64,000 nt of DNA from Chara braunii (lineage: Eukaryota > Plantae > Charophyceae): assembly GCA_003427395.1 (NCBI GenBank), contig BFEA01000014.1:3188680-3252679 (forward strand). Direction: 5' to 3'. Shown here piece by piece: positions 12,078 through 24,039 of this stretch; positions within the stretch are counted from its first letter, which is position 1, and each line of letters begins with the position of its first letter. Made by a program: the position numbers and the translations under genes. The notes beneath the pieces were generated by a model. That model was not told where the DNA came from. It saw only the letters and a list, made by a program, of their open reading frames with translations, and made no database searches.

Positions 12078-12562
12078 CGGTGCGCGGGGTAGGGATGAAG
12101 ATGGGGGAGAGGGCGAGAGGGGCGGTCAGTAGCGCTGGTCCGGAGGGAGAAGGTGTCGATACACTCGGTCCCCACTACTTGTCGCCCCGGCTGGGCCAGT
12201 CGCTGCCACCAATCAGTTGCCAACTCTTGTCCCCACCTGTAAAGGTCGGTCACCACTGCGTCGCGCCGCTGTACGCCGATAGTGCACAAATCCCCCCTGA
12301 AAGCTACCACCACCGTCACGTCGCTCTGAGTCGGCCGCGGAAAGCGCCGAACTCCCAAAGCTTTTTCTGCCAAGACGACTGCTGAACCTCGATCGGTTGA
12401 TATAGTGATCTCTACGGCGGCACACCAAGCTCCGTCGCTGAAGAGTTGCGCAAATCGAAGAAGATCGAGACTAAGACGGGGATGCGCAACCTGGCGAAAT
12501 TGCAATAGGATTCGAGGTTGAAGAAGATGACCAGGGATGGCTGGTTCAATGATAAAGCTCAT
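12074..12562 (-). CDS. Gypsy accessory ORF3, 162 aa, unknown function
   Basis: Its ATG overlaps the integrase stop (ATGA at 12559-12562) and the frame is open. Confidence 0.6.
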   Translation of the reverse strand: MSFIIEPAIPGHLLQPRILLQFRQVAHPRLSLDLLRFAQLFSDGAWCAAVEITISTDRGSAVVLAEKALGVRRFPRPTQSDVTVVVAFRGDLCTIGVQRRDAVVTDLYRWGQELATDWWQRLAQPGRQVVGTECIDTFSLRTSATDRPSRPLPHLHPYPAHR

Positions 12563-13890
12563 GGTGAAGGTGAGGGGGAGGTAGATGCGGATGAAGGAGA
12601 GGAAGCGAGTTCTTCGGTCGGGTCGGAGGAAGAAGAAAAAGATGGATTAAGGTTCTCAGAAGGAGGGAGAGGACGAAGGTAGGAAGTGTGGCAGACAATG
12701 GGGAGGGAGCTATGGCTGGCGCTAGCTTCGGGCGCGACGCGCACCGTGTTAGCTCCGTTGGGGCCGAGCTCTACGACGAGAAAACGGCCAAAAAACTTGG
12801 GAGCGAGTTTGCGGTCGCGTGCACATTTGCGTACCTGCACCAGATCCCCTAACTTATATTGGTGCTAGGGGCCGGCATTCCCGTTCCGGGCCTCGTAGCT
12901 ACGGACCTGCCTACCTTGGGCCAGTTCGGTCATTTTTTGTCTTTTCCGGGCCAGCTTAGGAACGACCCTTTCCATCAAATCCGCATATCTCTTGGCTTTG
13001 GCCTTAAGGGCCGCACGCGTGTCCCGTCCCCCTTTGTCTGTAATTTCTGTGGTACTCCGATTGTCGACACATGGGAGGCTATTAGTTCGAAGCTGGAAGG
13101 GGGTGAACCCTGTGGACTCATGAGGGGTGGCTCGGTGGATTCCGACGATTTGATAGACTATCTCGGGCCACGGACGCATGTCGCGGGCCGCGAAGTTCTT
13201 ACAGAGGGCGGTCTTAATCATGCGATTCGCATGCTCTGCCAGCCCGTTCGATTGAGAAACATGGGGAGCAGTGTGTCGGAGCGTAACGCCACGACGAATT
13301 AGTAATTCCTTTACCTCACCCTTAAATTCCGATCCATTGTCGGTTAGAATCTCCTCTGTATCTAGGTGGGTATTGAGGAATCGGTCGATGTATGTGGCTA
13401 TCTCTGAGGCCTTTCGAGTTCTACACGGACAGACTTCGATGTATTTCGAGAAATGATCGATCAACACCAAGAGAATGGCGTATTCACGGCGGTTAGGGCC
13501 ATGTGGCACGTTTATATCAGTTGTATCCATACTGACCCGCTGAAATGACCGTTCCACCTCTGTTGGGACTATCGTATTTGGCCCACAGAGGGGCGCGCGG
13601 TTGACAGCACATACTAGACAGTTAGTGACCACGTGCTTCACATCGTCACGGATAGTAGACCAGAACCATCGATTTTGGTCGATAGTTGCCTCGGTGACAC
13701 GTATCGTGAAATGAGCGGCCTGTTCTTCGTGCGCAGACCTAGTCCAGTCATATCTCTGAAAAGGGTGGGGAACCGTCAACCATAGCCCTGATCCGTCTGT
13801 CTTACGTTTTTCGAAATGTCCATTGATCCATCGATAATCTCGGGATCTTTCGGTAGCCCGACATCTGTCATGCTTAGTGAGATGGTCCAA
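12559..13890 (-). pseudogene. Integrase (HHCC + DDE core + GPY/F), frameshift near 12860
   Basis: H..AAH..W..I.DDV..VV.NC.VC zinc motif; FQRVSMD, VLIDHFSKY, ILTDNGSEF, QSNGLAE; LAPKFFGRF (GPY/F). Confidence 0.93.
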
Positions 13891-13910
13891 GGGTAGGCCT
13901 GCTAATTTAG

Positions 13911-14190
13911 CTAATAAGATTTTATCTGTCCATACCTCCGCTCGTCGGTATTTCTCGTCGTATTCAGGGTCGTTCGTCCGGGAGCCTCAAATCGAACCTC
14001 AGTAGGAAGTTTGTCCGTCCTACACAGGGGGCATTTCCATTCCTTATTACTTGTTCGGTATCGAACGCATGCACCATGCACACGATTGACACACGTGGCA
14101 CGGTTCACCCAATCGGCAAATCCAGATTCGAAGGGGTAACAGTTTACTCCGTAAACTCGGGAAATACACGTGCAAAAATAACAAATTTTG
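13911..14190 (-). pseudogene. PHD-finger-like module between RNase H and integrase
   Basis: Manual in-frame extension reads KICYFC-X21-WVNRATCVNRVHGAC-X8-WKCPLC. This is a C4HC3 pattern with the third Cys read as Arg (CGT, one change from TGT). Confidence 0.6.
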
Positions 14191-14439
14191 TCCGGGAGAG
14201 TGGCGAGAAAATCCGAATGGGCGAGGGGATAGAAGAGGTGGGGGAGACTGAGTCAGGGGGAGTTTCCATCGTTCCGAGAGACGAGAATCGGAAGGGGAAG
14301 GAGAGGATCAGGTAGTACACATGTCCACTTAGCCCTTCGGTAGAATCTCCACTTGTCCGTATCGAGGCTCGTTCGCTGGTTCCGGGTCGCGCCAGGGGGT
14401 CACTTCCTCACTCCTTGGCACCTTGTCAGGACAGTGAAG

Positions 14440-15743
14440 TCGTGTCAGTCCGTCTCCGTTGCCGTGTTTCTCGTGTTTCCGATGTCGGATGTCAAAGTCC
14501 ATGCTCTACAGTATGGTGGCCCATCGCCCGATCATGCCCAAGTAATCCTTGGACTTCTTCAGCGCGAACAGTGGTTCGTGGTCAGTTACCAGCGTAAATC
14601 TTCGGCCATACAAGTACGCTCGGAAATGACTGATCCCCCACTAGGCTGCATAGCACTCCCCCGTCGGGGCCGCGTAGTTGCGCTTACAGGACGGCACCGT
14701 CTTGGGCGCGTATTCCACCACGTGTTCGAGGCCGTCGGGTCCCACCTGGGCCAAGATCGCTAAAACCGCCTCCGGTTGCCAATCGGTGATGAGAACAAAG
14801 GGTTTTTCCGGGTCCGGCCTTATGAGGACCGGGGCCGAAACCAGGGCCGCCTTGAGTTCTCCAAAAGCCCATTTGCATTGCGGGGTCCAGATCAACGGCC
14901 GATCCTTCTTTAGCAGATTTGTGAGTGGTCCCGCAATCGCTGCAAACCCCTTGATGAACCTCCGATAGTACGATGCCAAACCCAGAAAGGCGCGAACTTG
15001 CGTTATGGACATCGGCACCGGCGCGTCTTTCACAACTGTCACTTTCTGGGGCTCTGGTTGTAACCCTTGATTCGTGACGACGTGGCCGAGAAAGGAGATC
15101 TCCGTGAGGAAAAACTGATACTTCTCAACCGCCACTTTGAATCTTGCGTCCTTTAGTGCGTGCAGTCTCCACTCAATGTGTTGCACATGTCCCTCATAGG
15201 AAGTAGAAAAGACAAGGATATCATCCATATATAAAATCACACAGTAGTTGATTATGCTCTGTGCCAGCCGCATTTTTCGCACGAAGTTTTGGAAAGCCAT
15301 ATTTATCGCGCGTTGAAACGTGGTTGGGGCGTTGCAAATCCCCATTGGGCATCTGACCCATTGCCAAGTTCCTTCGAAAAGAATGAACGCCGTCTTTGGG
15401 CGATCTTCTTTTCGAACCAGAAGATGGTGGAATCCATGTCGAATATCAAATTTACTAAAGAATTGAGCACTACCGATAGCATCTAACAATTCATCAATCC
15501 GGGGAAGGGGTACACATCCTTGATCGTGATATCGTTCAACTTTCGGTAATCGATGCATATGCGAATTCCTCCTGCTTTTTTCGGCACAATCACTACTGGA
15601 AACGACCATGGTCCGATAGCGGGTTCGATCCAACCATTAGCTTCAAACTCCTTAATCCTTTTAATCGTGGTTGCTCTTTGCGGCGGTGAATACCGATAAG
15701 GAGCGCAACAAATTGGCGGATGATTCCCCCGTAAGGATTGCAT
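14440..15743 (-). pseudogene. Reverse transcriptase and RNase H (frameshift and stops)
   Basis: PWSFPVVIVPKK.GGIRICIDYRKLN, FSKFDIRHGFH, PMGICNAP, YMDDILV, FLGH, FLGLASYYRRFI; RNase H motifs ITDW, ECYA, FTLVTDH, NGDGLTR. Confidence 0.95.
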
Positions 15744-16635
15744 GCTCGATTACAGTAGATAACCCAATATCACTGTCATCCATACTCAATACTTCAGCAT
15801 AGCCATGCAACACATTAATCAGGGATTCTCGGATATCTCTGGGGACATGACTGGGGATGATGATCACTGCATTATTCGCGATGTTCAGAGGCATTTCAAT
15901 CCAATCCATCCTTCGTGATCGCCTGTCGTGCACACTGGAAAACATTGAACTACTGGTTCGGACCGAGAAGACGGTAGCAATCATTTGGGATTCAGCCGGA
16001 CTGATCATCTCGGTCTCTTTAACTTTAGCGTCGGTTTCGGAATCATCGACATTTTTAGCTATCTCTACTCCTATTAATTCCGTCATTTCCTGCATGAGAT
16101 TCTGAACGTCTGTTATCGGAGCCTCTTCTTCTTCCTTGATCAAAGCGATCATGGCTCCTTGCGTGAGTAGTGATCGAGGGGGGGAGACAGAGAGATCCAG
16201 GTAGTGATTCATTTGCTGATACCTAGCCCGGAGTGAAAGCGTGCTCTCGTATAATGTGCGAGGGGGTTCCAAACTATCAGCTGTATCGGAAATTTGCAAG
16301 ATCGGCTCTCCCAAGGATATCGTAGAAGGAGTTTGTCTTTCTGCGGGTAGAGAGCGGTTGGGCTCGCTGTTTTCCGAGCCTAAATCAAATGTTCGAGTCG
16401 TTGCGGGGATCATCCGAAATTCTTCTTTTGCCTCGCAATCGAACTTCTCGACTAATTGCTTTCATTCTTCCTTATTAGGCATAACTCTCAATTCTTCCTC
16501 ATAATCGTGTTCATTGAACTCGTCTTCCCACGCAGGGGGTTGTTCCTTATCAGGGTTCGAGAAAGACTTCTCCAAATTTTGGATCATTCCTATCGGGTCG
16601 ATACTGGGATATCTTCTTGGTGATCGAGTAGAAAT

Positions 16636-17265
16636 TCAAAGGGGAAGCGTTTGAGGTTTCCCGCCCGTATGGGTGAGAACGAGTTGTTTGGAATCAAAAT
16701 GGATCCGAGCGCCTACTACCATCGCCCAGGGCAGTCCTAACAGTATCGAATAAGAATGCACGTCAATGACCAACGCGTTAACCAACACATGCACTCGGCC
16801 CACCTTGATCGCAACCTTCTCGATGATTCCTACGATGTTCATGGCCTCTTCATCAGCCGAGACATAGTTATCCTTCCCTAGTAGAGGAAGGATGAAATTC
16901 AGTCGTCCGGTCTTTCAGACGGTGTTTAGAGAGATAGCTACGACTGAAGATCCAGTGTCAATCAGCGCGTCAAATGGTTTACCCCAGACTTCGCAATCAC
17001 ATTCTGCACTTTTCCATATGACCGATCGTACACACACAAAGTGATCTTTCTCTGCGTAAGAGATGGCGACGATTCTTGCCGTTTCCGGTGCATTCAATTC
17101 AACAGCCGGAGAAGGACTTGCCTCGCTCTCATCTTCTTGTTTTTTCTTCAGCATACGCTGAACGCGCTGATAGGTAAAGCACTTCTGATTCTTCTGGCAT
17201 TTCTGCAGAAGTTTGTCGTTTGCAGCTTCGGATATAGTCAACAGGTGTCCTACAGGGATCGGCAC
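16636..17265 (-). pseudogene. Retroviral-type aspartic protease
   Basis: FDALIDTGSS catalytic motif and ILLGLPW motif, interrupted. Confidence 0.88.
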
Positions 17266-17349
17266 TCAAATATCTAACTGTTTGAGTGTCTGTAGGAGAT
17301 CGATTTCTCGTATTTGAAACTGGGGTCCTAGTTCCGATGTACGTTCGAC

Positions 17350-18646
17350 CTAATCGAGTTCTTCCTTGGCAGGTCGGATTGCTCCGATCAGTACAGCCAC
17401 CTGGAGGTACTCGGTTGGATCGACGATGTCTGCAGCCTCGGAAGAGGATCCTGACGTGGATGCGCCTGGATCGGCCGAGGAGGATTGATCGGCGATGAAG
17501 GGAGAAACTTCCCTTGCATGTTCTAATACTGCGGTCGCCCGACCTTGGTTTAAGGCTACGGGCGCGGCCGCAGGAGGCGGCTGATTACGTTTCGGCTGGG
17601 GGCATTCCCGTGCGAAGTGCCCTGGCTGTTTGCAGTTGTAACATTCAATCCTCCCCGCTGGGTTAGCCATCTGAAGGGGAGCGGCAGGATGGGTTGGTCC
17701 TCCCGCGGGAGGAGCGGTAAGCAAAGGGTACTGAGGGGTAACATGGCGAGAAGGACTGGAATCAACCTTTATTAGTTTGGTCATGATCTGTTCTAGCCGA
17801 TCCATCTGGGAAGTCTGCATCTGCAACAGGTTATTCATCCACTCGGACTATTTAGTCGTAGCGGTATGGATCATCTGGGCTAGGTGCAGATTGGTGATGA
17901 GAACTGATGCGGCTTCTTGGGCCATGACCGTGTTCACAGGTACTACCTTCGGAGGGAGAGGCACTTTCGAGAGGGGTAGGGAGTGATACGGGGAAGGATC
18001 TGGGACGGGGCCGTCTTGGTAATCATGATCGGGACGAGGGTAAAATCGTCCTGCTACTCTGAGCCAGAACCGTCTCTTGGCCGCCACGTCTTGGATCGTA
18101 TCCGAAATATCTTCTTCTCCCTGACTGATATACTTATGCGTGTCCAACAAATCCAGCTCAACGGCCTTGGCGATGATAACTGACAACTGGTTTGTCTTGG
18201 GAGGGACCTTTTTTCTGCAGTTTCACCTTTAACACGTGATTGCGGAGATGATCGATAAACAAATCCCGAGCCGCGTTCTCTTCCCGTCCCAATTTGTCCA
18301 AGGCGGTTTGAAAACGATCCACGAAATCGGCCAGCAATTCCCCCGGTTCCTGCGAACGGGTTTTCAGGACGAACCAGGCAGCGTCTTCACTGACCGCGTC
18401 AAATCGCGCTAGGAACGCTCTCTTGAAAGTATCCTAGTCTACCCATCGGTGCCTTCTAAACCAATCATGTGCAGTGTTTCGGAGCAAAAGGGTAATGATG
18501 CGGGGAAGATCCTCAGCGCCATATCCCTGTGTTTGCACGGCTTCAAGCCATGCCTTTGGATGAGTATAGTTAGGATAAAAGGGAAAGGTAGTGGGGATGC
18601 TTACCATCACCCGGGGAGGCGCCCCATTAGCATCAGCCATGGGCAT
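17350..18646 (-). pseudogene. gag (capsid-like region + CCHC zinc knuckle), interrupted
   Basis: AHDWF..W.*DTFKRAFLARF..Q.PGE...DFVDRF capsid motif and CYNCKQPGHFARECP knuckle. Confidence 0.88.
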
Positions 18647-18763
18647 TTCTGTTCGGGCCTCGACAGATCTTTGCCGAGTGACGGGAGGACTGAGGCGATT
18701 GGGTTGTTTAGTTGATCTCCCTCTCGCTAGCTCGTCTTACTATCGTCAGAACCGACTCGTGTC

Positions 18764-18776
18764 GGCTTCGATACCA
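18764..18776 (-). promoter_or_regulatory. Primer-binding site, tRNA-iMet-like
   Basis: Minus-strand TGGTATCGAAGCC directly after the 5' LTR; the canonical site is TGGTATCAGAGCC (11/13 match). Confidence 0.75.
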
Positions 18777-21406
18777 ACCTCACGCCCTGCGCTGCTTTCC
18801 GTTCGAAGTGCTAAGGGTGCGGAAAGGAGGCCCCAAAAAACAGCAAGATGGGGTGTGTCAAGGATTTTTGGAAAATTGAGTGTGGGGACACAGATAGAAC
18901 TGAAATCCCCCGTGTTGGTCTGACGAAGTGAGCAATCTGGCGGGTTTTGGCGCGCGCAAACTTCGCGACGCGAGGAAGTTTTGAATTCAATCCAAAAACT
19001 TCACACCGGGCCACGGCTCGTCGTTTGGAGTGGAAGGGAGCGGGCACGTGTTTAGTATCCCGTTTTCGCACTATTTTCCGACGCCGCACATTACACAGTT
19101 CTGAATCTTGCGTGGAAGGTCTCAATCTCGTGGCCCTTTCCTTATGCTCGTCCTCGTTCCGTGTTCGGTAATGGAACCCCTTCGACTCGTAGCGATCGAA
19201 ACGTTGGCAATCATTGCACAAGGTGTTAGGCCAATGGGGTGTCACTGCCAGCCACGGGATGACGATCAACTCGTTGAAGGGTAGTAGCAGCGAGTACGGT
19301 GGAAAGTGCATATCCACAATGACAAACCCAACGCCTACGAACCCGGAACACCGATTTTCAGGAGGGAAATAATATTGCCCACCGATCTTTGCGACGACTT
19401 CTCGTATGTCCCACTCACAGATACGCGTCCTATCCTCGTTATACGAGAAGGGACGAAGAGGGGATACGATAGGTTGTCGCCTAGTCGGGTAGAGCCCGTT
19501 AGCCCACATGGCAAATAGCCAGAAATAATTTAACCATTCATCACGTGCGTTCAATCCTAGCAATCCAATCGAAAAGGCCAGACAGGAGAAACAGAGGGGG
19601 CGGAGAAAGAGAAAACAAAGCTTGTGTGTGGCGAGACGAGGTCGCTATTTTGTGCTTAGATTATGCGTCGCATACGTACTCGCAATATTCCTTCGTCAAT
19701 CACAACTCAAAGCATTCCTGCATTTCCAAATCCCAACAACATTGCCCCTGCCATCGACTTGCCCTAATCAAGATGAGTTTCGTACCCGTTTACTCTCTTC
19801 TCCCATGCATACATTCATTGTGGAAGGTGTGAAAATGACAACCATGCAATTTCCCAACAGGGTGGCATCAAGGGAAGAACCCTTAGTGGTCGATACACGT
19901 GCGTCCACCGTTCACAAGACAGAACCCACTAGTTCGGGGGACTACCCAGGAAACTAATGGAAGAATTCCGGAGAAAACCATTCCGACGCAGTCGTCACAT
20001 TCATTCCATACGCCAACTTTTGACTTATTATATAGAACCATTTGTACAAGGAAGAAGGAGAAGGAGAATTGCGATAGAAACGGACGGAGATATCATGATG
20101 AGAGGGACGAGTTACACTGAAATGGAGAGAGAGAAAAAGGTTCGGCATTACCGCCGCAAGGTCACACCAAAGAAGAGATTCGTAACCAAGAGGGCGCATT
20201 CGCCCTTAAATTCCAACACGGCCCCGGGCTAGTCATCCACTCAACTCAGATCACCTGTCCACATCTCCGTCACCGACGATCCCGGCCGTCGTGCGTCATT
20301 CTCCACCACTGCGATCGTCACCCCGCCAACTTAGTCTCGATGTGGCTTGCCTGGATCCCACAGTCCGTCGTGGCGACCTAGCGCACCGCCGGCCAGTCTA
20401 CAGTCGACTCGTCAGGACTTTCCGACTCGCATCGTACACATCACCTAGCCACTAGTTCCCAGAAGCTGGCAGATGAGAGAGGGTTTTGCGGGGGTGCCGG
20501 CGGAATTTATAGTTGCGAGAAGGGAGAGAGATGAGGAGAAGGGGGGAGGGTAAGGAAGAGGAGGGCATAGGGGAGTTTTGGAGCGACCGCCCATCGAAAG
20601 CCATGTTGATCCCTCCTAACTCGACCTCAGTCAATCAGAATCGTCGTGCAGTAAGAACTTACACGGCGCTTCTCCTTGGCTGGATATGGGGAAAGGATCA
20701 ACTGGGTTTTCAAGCGCGGATCTTACAGCGGGAAGAAGAGGAGCGCGAAGGATAGCACGAAACGGGTCCAAGATTCAGATGATCAAGAAGGAGAAAAAGG
20801 GCGCGCGCGGAGAAGGGGAGGGAAAAGCAGTTACAGGAGGAGGGAGCAAGAAAGCATGTGNGCAAAAAGAGGTGATGGAAGAAGCGCGGGGAAGAAGGAG
20901 AAGGGACCTTGCTTACAATGTCATGGCGCCGGTCAGCAAGAGGGAAATGGGCACCGAGACAGTTGCAGTTTTTTTTACGATCCTATGCTAATTCAAAATT
21001 GAAAGTGTTATATCCGCGCGCAAAACAGGCGCGGGAAAGAAAGTCTTCCGTCGATCCATATTCCTACAAGAATTTCCCAGAGTTTCCAAGGTCGAGGTCG
21101 AGAACATTCGCGCGCAGAAGGTCGCGCGGCATTCCGATAATTCCGAGATTTCTAACTGTCGAGCCAAAGTCCAAGCGCGCTCGTTAAGGCGCGCGAAATT
21201 CCCATGTATTTTCAAAACAATCAAGAAGGAAAAGAAAGGAAACTTGACAGATTCCCGCAAGGTACCTTTAATCGGGCACAAACAAAAAGGGGAAAGAGAG
21301 GGAGGGGGGGGGTCGGAGTCGAACTGTACACATCTAGATGCAGAGAAAACACGGAAAAAGGAAGGGGTCCGGAAGATGGCGCAGGTCCGGAAGCTAGTAT
21401 GTCACA
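18777..21406 (-). repeat. 5' LTR
   Basis: Direct repeat of 7809-10399, outer end TGTGAC, upstream of the PBS and gag. Confidence 0.9.
18811..19563 (-). CDS. LTR-embedded ORF, 250 aa, unknown function
   Basis: Long open frame on the element sense strand. It is Cys/aromatic-rich, and the frame is shared with the other LTR. Confidence 0.45.
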   Translation of the reverse strand: MLGLNARDEWLNYFWLFAMWANGLYPTRRQPIVSPLRPFSYNEDRTRICEWDIREVVAKIGGQYYFPPENRCSGFVGVGFVIVDMHFPPYSLLLPFNELIVIPWLAVTPHWPNTLCNDCQRFDRYESKGFHYRTRNEDEHKERATRLRPSTQDSELCNVRRRKIVRKRDTKHVPAPFHSKRRAVARCEVFGLNSKLPRVAKFARAKTRQIAHFVRPTRGISVLSVSPHSIFQKSLTHPILLFFGASFPHP

Positions 21407-21721
21407 CGTAACTCAGCATTTCACATCTATCATAATTAATATTTTGTGGAGCTTGGGGTTTAGGTCTTGTTTTTCTTTTCCTGATATGAGAATTTCTTAA
21501 AAACATTCTTGGATAGTAATTCTGATTTCTTAGTTGATCTCATTGGTAGTTCGTACTTTTTCTTGTTGATTTCGCGATATGGTTTTAGAATCATTATGGT
21601 TTTGCTCATACACAATTGATTGTCGATTTATTTTTCTGCTTAGTATTTCCTGATGTACTGTCTGAGCGATTTCTTGAACCTTGGGGTTCTGGAAATCAGA
21701 GTCGTAAGTCTGTTCGGACAT

Positions 21722-21805
21722 CTTTTTTTTTTTTTTTTGGGACAAATGCTCCAATCTATTCGTGGGAAGCAACACGTACTGGGAACCGGGCCCAGCGTCC
21801 CATGA
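21722..21805 (-). mobile_element. LINE 3' tail with poly(A)
   Basis: GGGACGCTGGGCCCGGTTCCCAG..GCTTCCCACGAATAGATTGGAGCATTTGTCCC-A(n). Confidence 0.8.
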
Positions 21806-21819
21806 AGAATATACAAATG

Positions 21820-22780
21820 ATTTGAACTACCACGGCCATTACCTGGCTTCGGCTAAAAACAATCCGAAAACTATGAAAGAAGTTCAGAAAGATTTAGGAA
21901 AAACGTGGATAACTGTTGATCTATTCCCAGGCTACTCAAGCAACAATGACCACAAAAGTCCTTTGAATGCTCAGAACCTCTGGACTCCCCGACAAAACAC
22001 TCTAAAATTCTCTAACATGGTCTAATTCCCTGCCGAGCTCTCCCAGGCCTCATGTGCCCACCCTGCTAGGTTACAGGGCAACACGACTCTTCCCAGCTCC
22101 GGCCAGCGTCGTCCCGACAGCAGCCCTTGGTTTTTCCTTGGAATGCCCGACCCAAGGCATCCCCAGATCTCTCTATCAGGCCTCACGCTCCTGCTATCAA
22201 CAAGTTACAGGGCAACCCCCCAGCACCGGTCAGCGTCGTTCTGGCATCGAAAAACCGCAGGTCCATGAATATAACAGCATCAAAGATGGCTAAATGAGTT
22301 GCAAGGAGAGCCCAGAATCCTAAGGCATTCTCAAGGGTCTTTTTTTGAGAAAAAATGAGAATTGTTTTTAAGAAGACCTCCCCCTGCCCGCATTGATTGC
22401 CCCGGAACCAGGGGGTTAACTGAGCAGGGTCGCCCCTTGATGATAGGTTTTTTTGAGAAAAGTATGAGAACAACTTGCACCAAGTACTAATGAAAACTGC
22501 TTCGAAGGGGCTAATAGAAGAAAACAGACATCTATACAGTACTGAATTCAAAGGGCCCTTTTGTTTTTGGAAGAACATTCAGATCGAGAAATACCTGCCT
22601 TAGAGTCTTTCAGTAGCCCACCCCTACCTACCGGATCCCTATATTATGATGCTTAGTTTCTACTAGGCCTCACGCCCCCAACTGCTAGGTTACAGAGTGC
22701 CACGATCCACCCCAGAAGACTCCCACCTGCTAGGCTACAGAGCAAAACAACCCGCACCAGCTCCGTCCAACATCAGAATC
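21820..22780 (+). repeat. Monomer-containing LINE-associated region, opposite orientation to the other copies
   Basis: Monomer dimer at 22030-22250 and a further copy at about 22660-22770. The leader 21820-22030 is homologous to 25780-25970. Confidence 0.7.
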
Positions 22781-24039
22781 GATTCCCTCTTTTGTTTTCC
22801 TATTTGGATTTTTTTTTTTTTTTTTAAAGGGCGATGGCCTTGAGGTATTATCATCGGACTAACCAGCCCAGGTAAATAGAATATTGTGTCTAATCTGACA
22901 TCGGGTGGCCTTTTCAACCCTATTTGGATTTTTAAATCTTATCCAATCTTATCTTCAATCTTATCTTCATCTCGATGGATTTCCTGAATTTGATGCTAAA
23001 TTCATGATCCAAACTTCGTTTTCATGACTCGTAAAATTTTTAAATGCGACGTGGGATTTTTAAAACAATTTTTACTCAAGTAATTAGTCTTAGTTTGTCG
23101 TTTTTAGCAAGGGAGTCTCAAACTGTGATGTTGTGAGATCGGGGTCAGAGGTGTTGGAATGGATATCTCCTTTAGGGTTGGAGTCCCTTCCTGCGAGACA
23201 AGGTGGGTGGTGTGATCTTTGAGAGGGTAGGGGCGGTATTGAGGGTTCGTCATTTTTTGGGCCACGCTGATTTTCAGGTCGGATCAGCTATGGCGGTTGG
23301 GGAGAGAGGACAAGGGGTGCTGATGCCAGCAGGGTGAGAGTTGAGAGGGCTGTTCCACTTGGAGGAGGTGGGGCAGGAAGGAAGGGGGATCTTCTGCTCT
23401 GCGGGGGCATACTTTAGGGGGTATTGTATGTGACTGAGGGAGCAGGAGGGGTATTCTGGGGGCTGGTTTGAATTGGGGGGGGGAGGTGAGGGGGTGCCTT
23501 CCCGGAGAGGCATTAAACAAACAGGGGGTTGTTTTTTGGGGGAGAGGAGTAATCCATTTGGCTCTTGTAACTCCTTTACATGTATATGAGACCTCGATAG
23601 GGGCTGAAGTTTCCATGGGGAGAGAGGGTTGTTATTTTCCCTTTCTTCCCGTCTCCCTGTGGGAATAGTGGGCGCTGGAATGTTCATGTGATTTTTCAGG
23701 ATTTTTTGTGCCTGATTTTCCTAATTTTTCTTAATTAAAAAAATCTTCCAAGGTTTGGTGTTGGAGGCAAGGGGTTGTGGTGGTTGTGACGGCGGGAGAT
23801 GACGCGCTCTGCAGCGAAGGGGCTAGCCTGCAGGGTTGTAGTAGGGTACAACAGCAGTGGAGATGGTGGCTTCATCGTGGTAAGACTTGCAGGAGTAGGG
23901 TTCAAGGGGTTTGTTGCGGGGATATCTGCAACCAGTGCATGAAGGAGACGAATACTTAGATCTAGAACTATGGTGCTGATTGGTGGCTTGATAGCTATTT
24001 GCCTTAGTCCCGAGTCCCGGTGGTTTGCGAAAAGACGAG

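Larger units (their letters stand above)
7798..21406 (-). mobile_element. Ty3/Gypsy LTR retrotransposon, ~13.6 kb, decayed
   Basis: Termini are TGTGAC...GTCACA, each flanked by CGTA (4-bp TSD). There are two ~2.6-kb direct repeats, domain order gag-PR-RT-RH-INT (Gypsy order), and a tRNA-iMet-like PBS. Confidence 0.9.
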
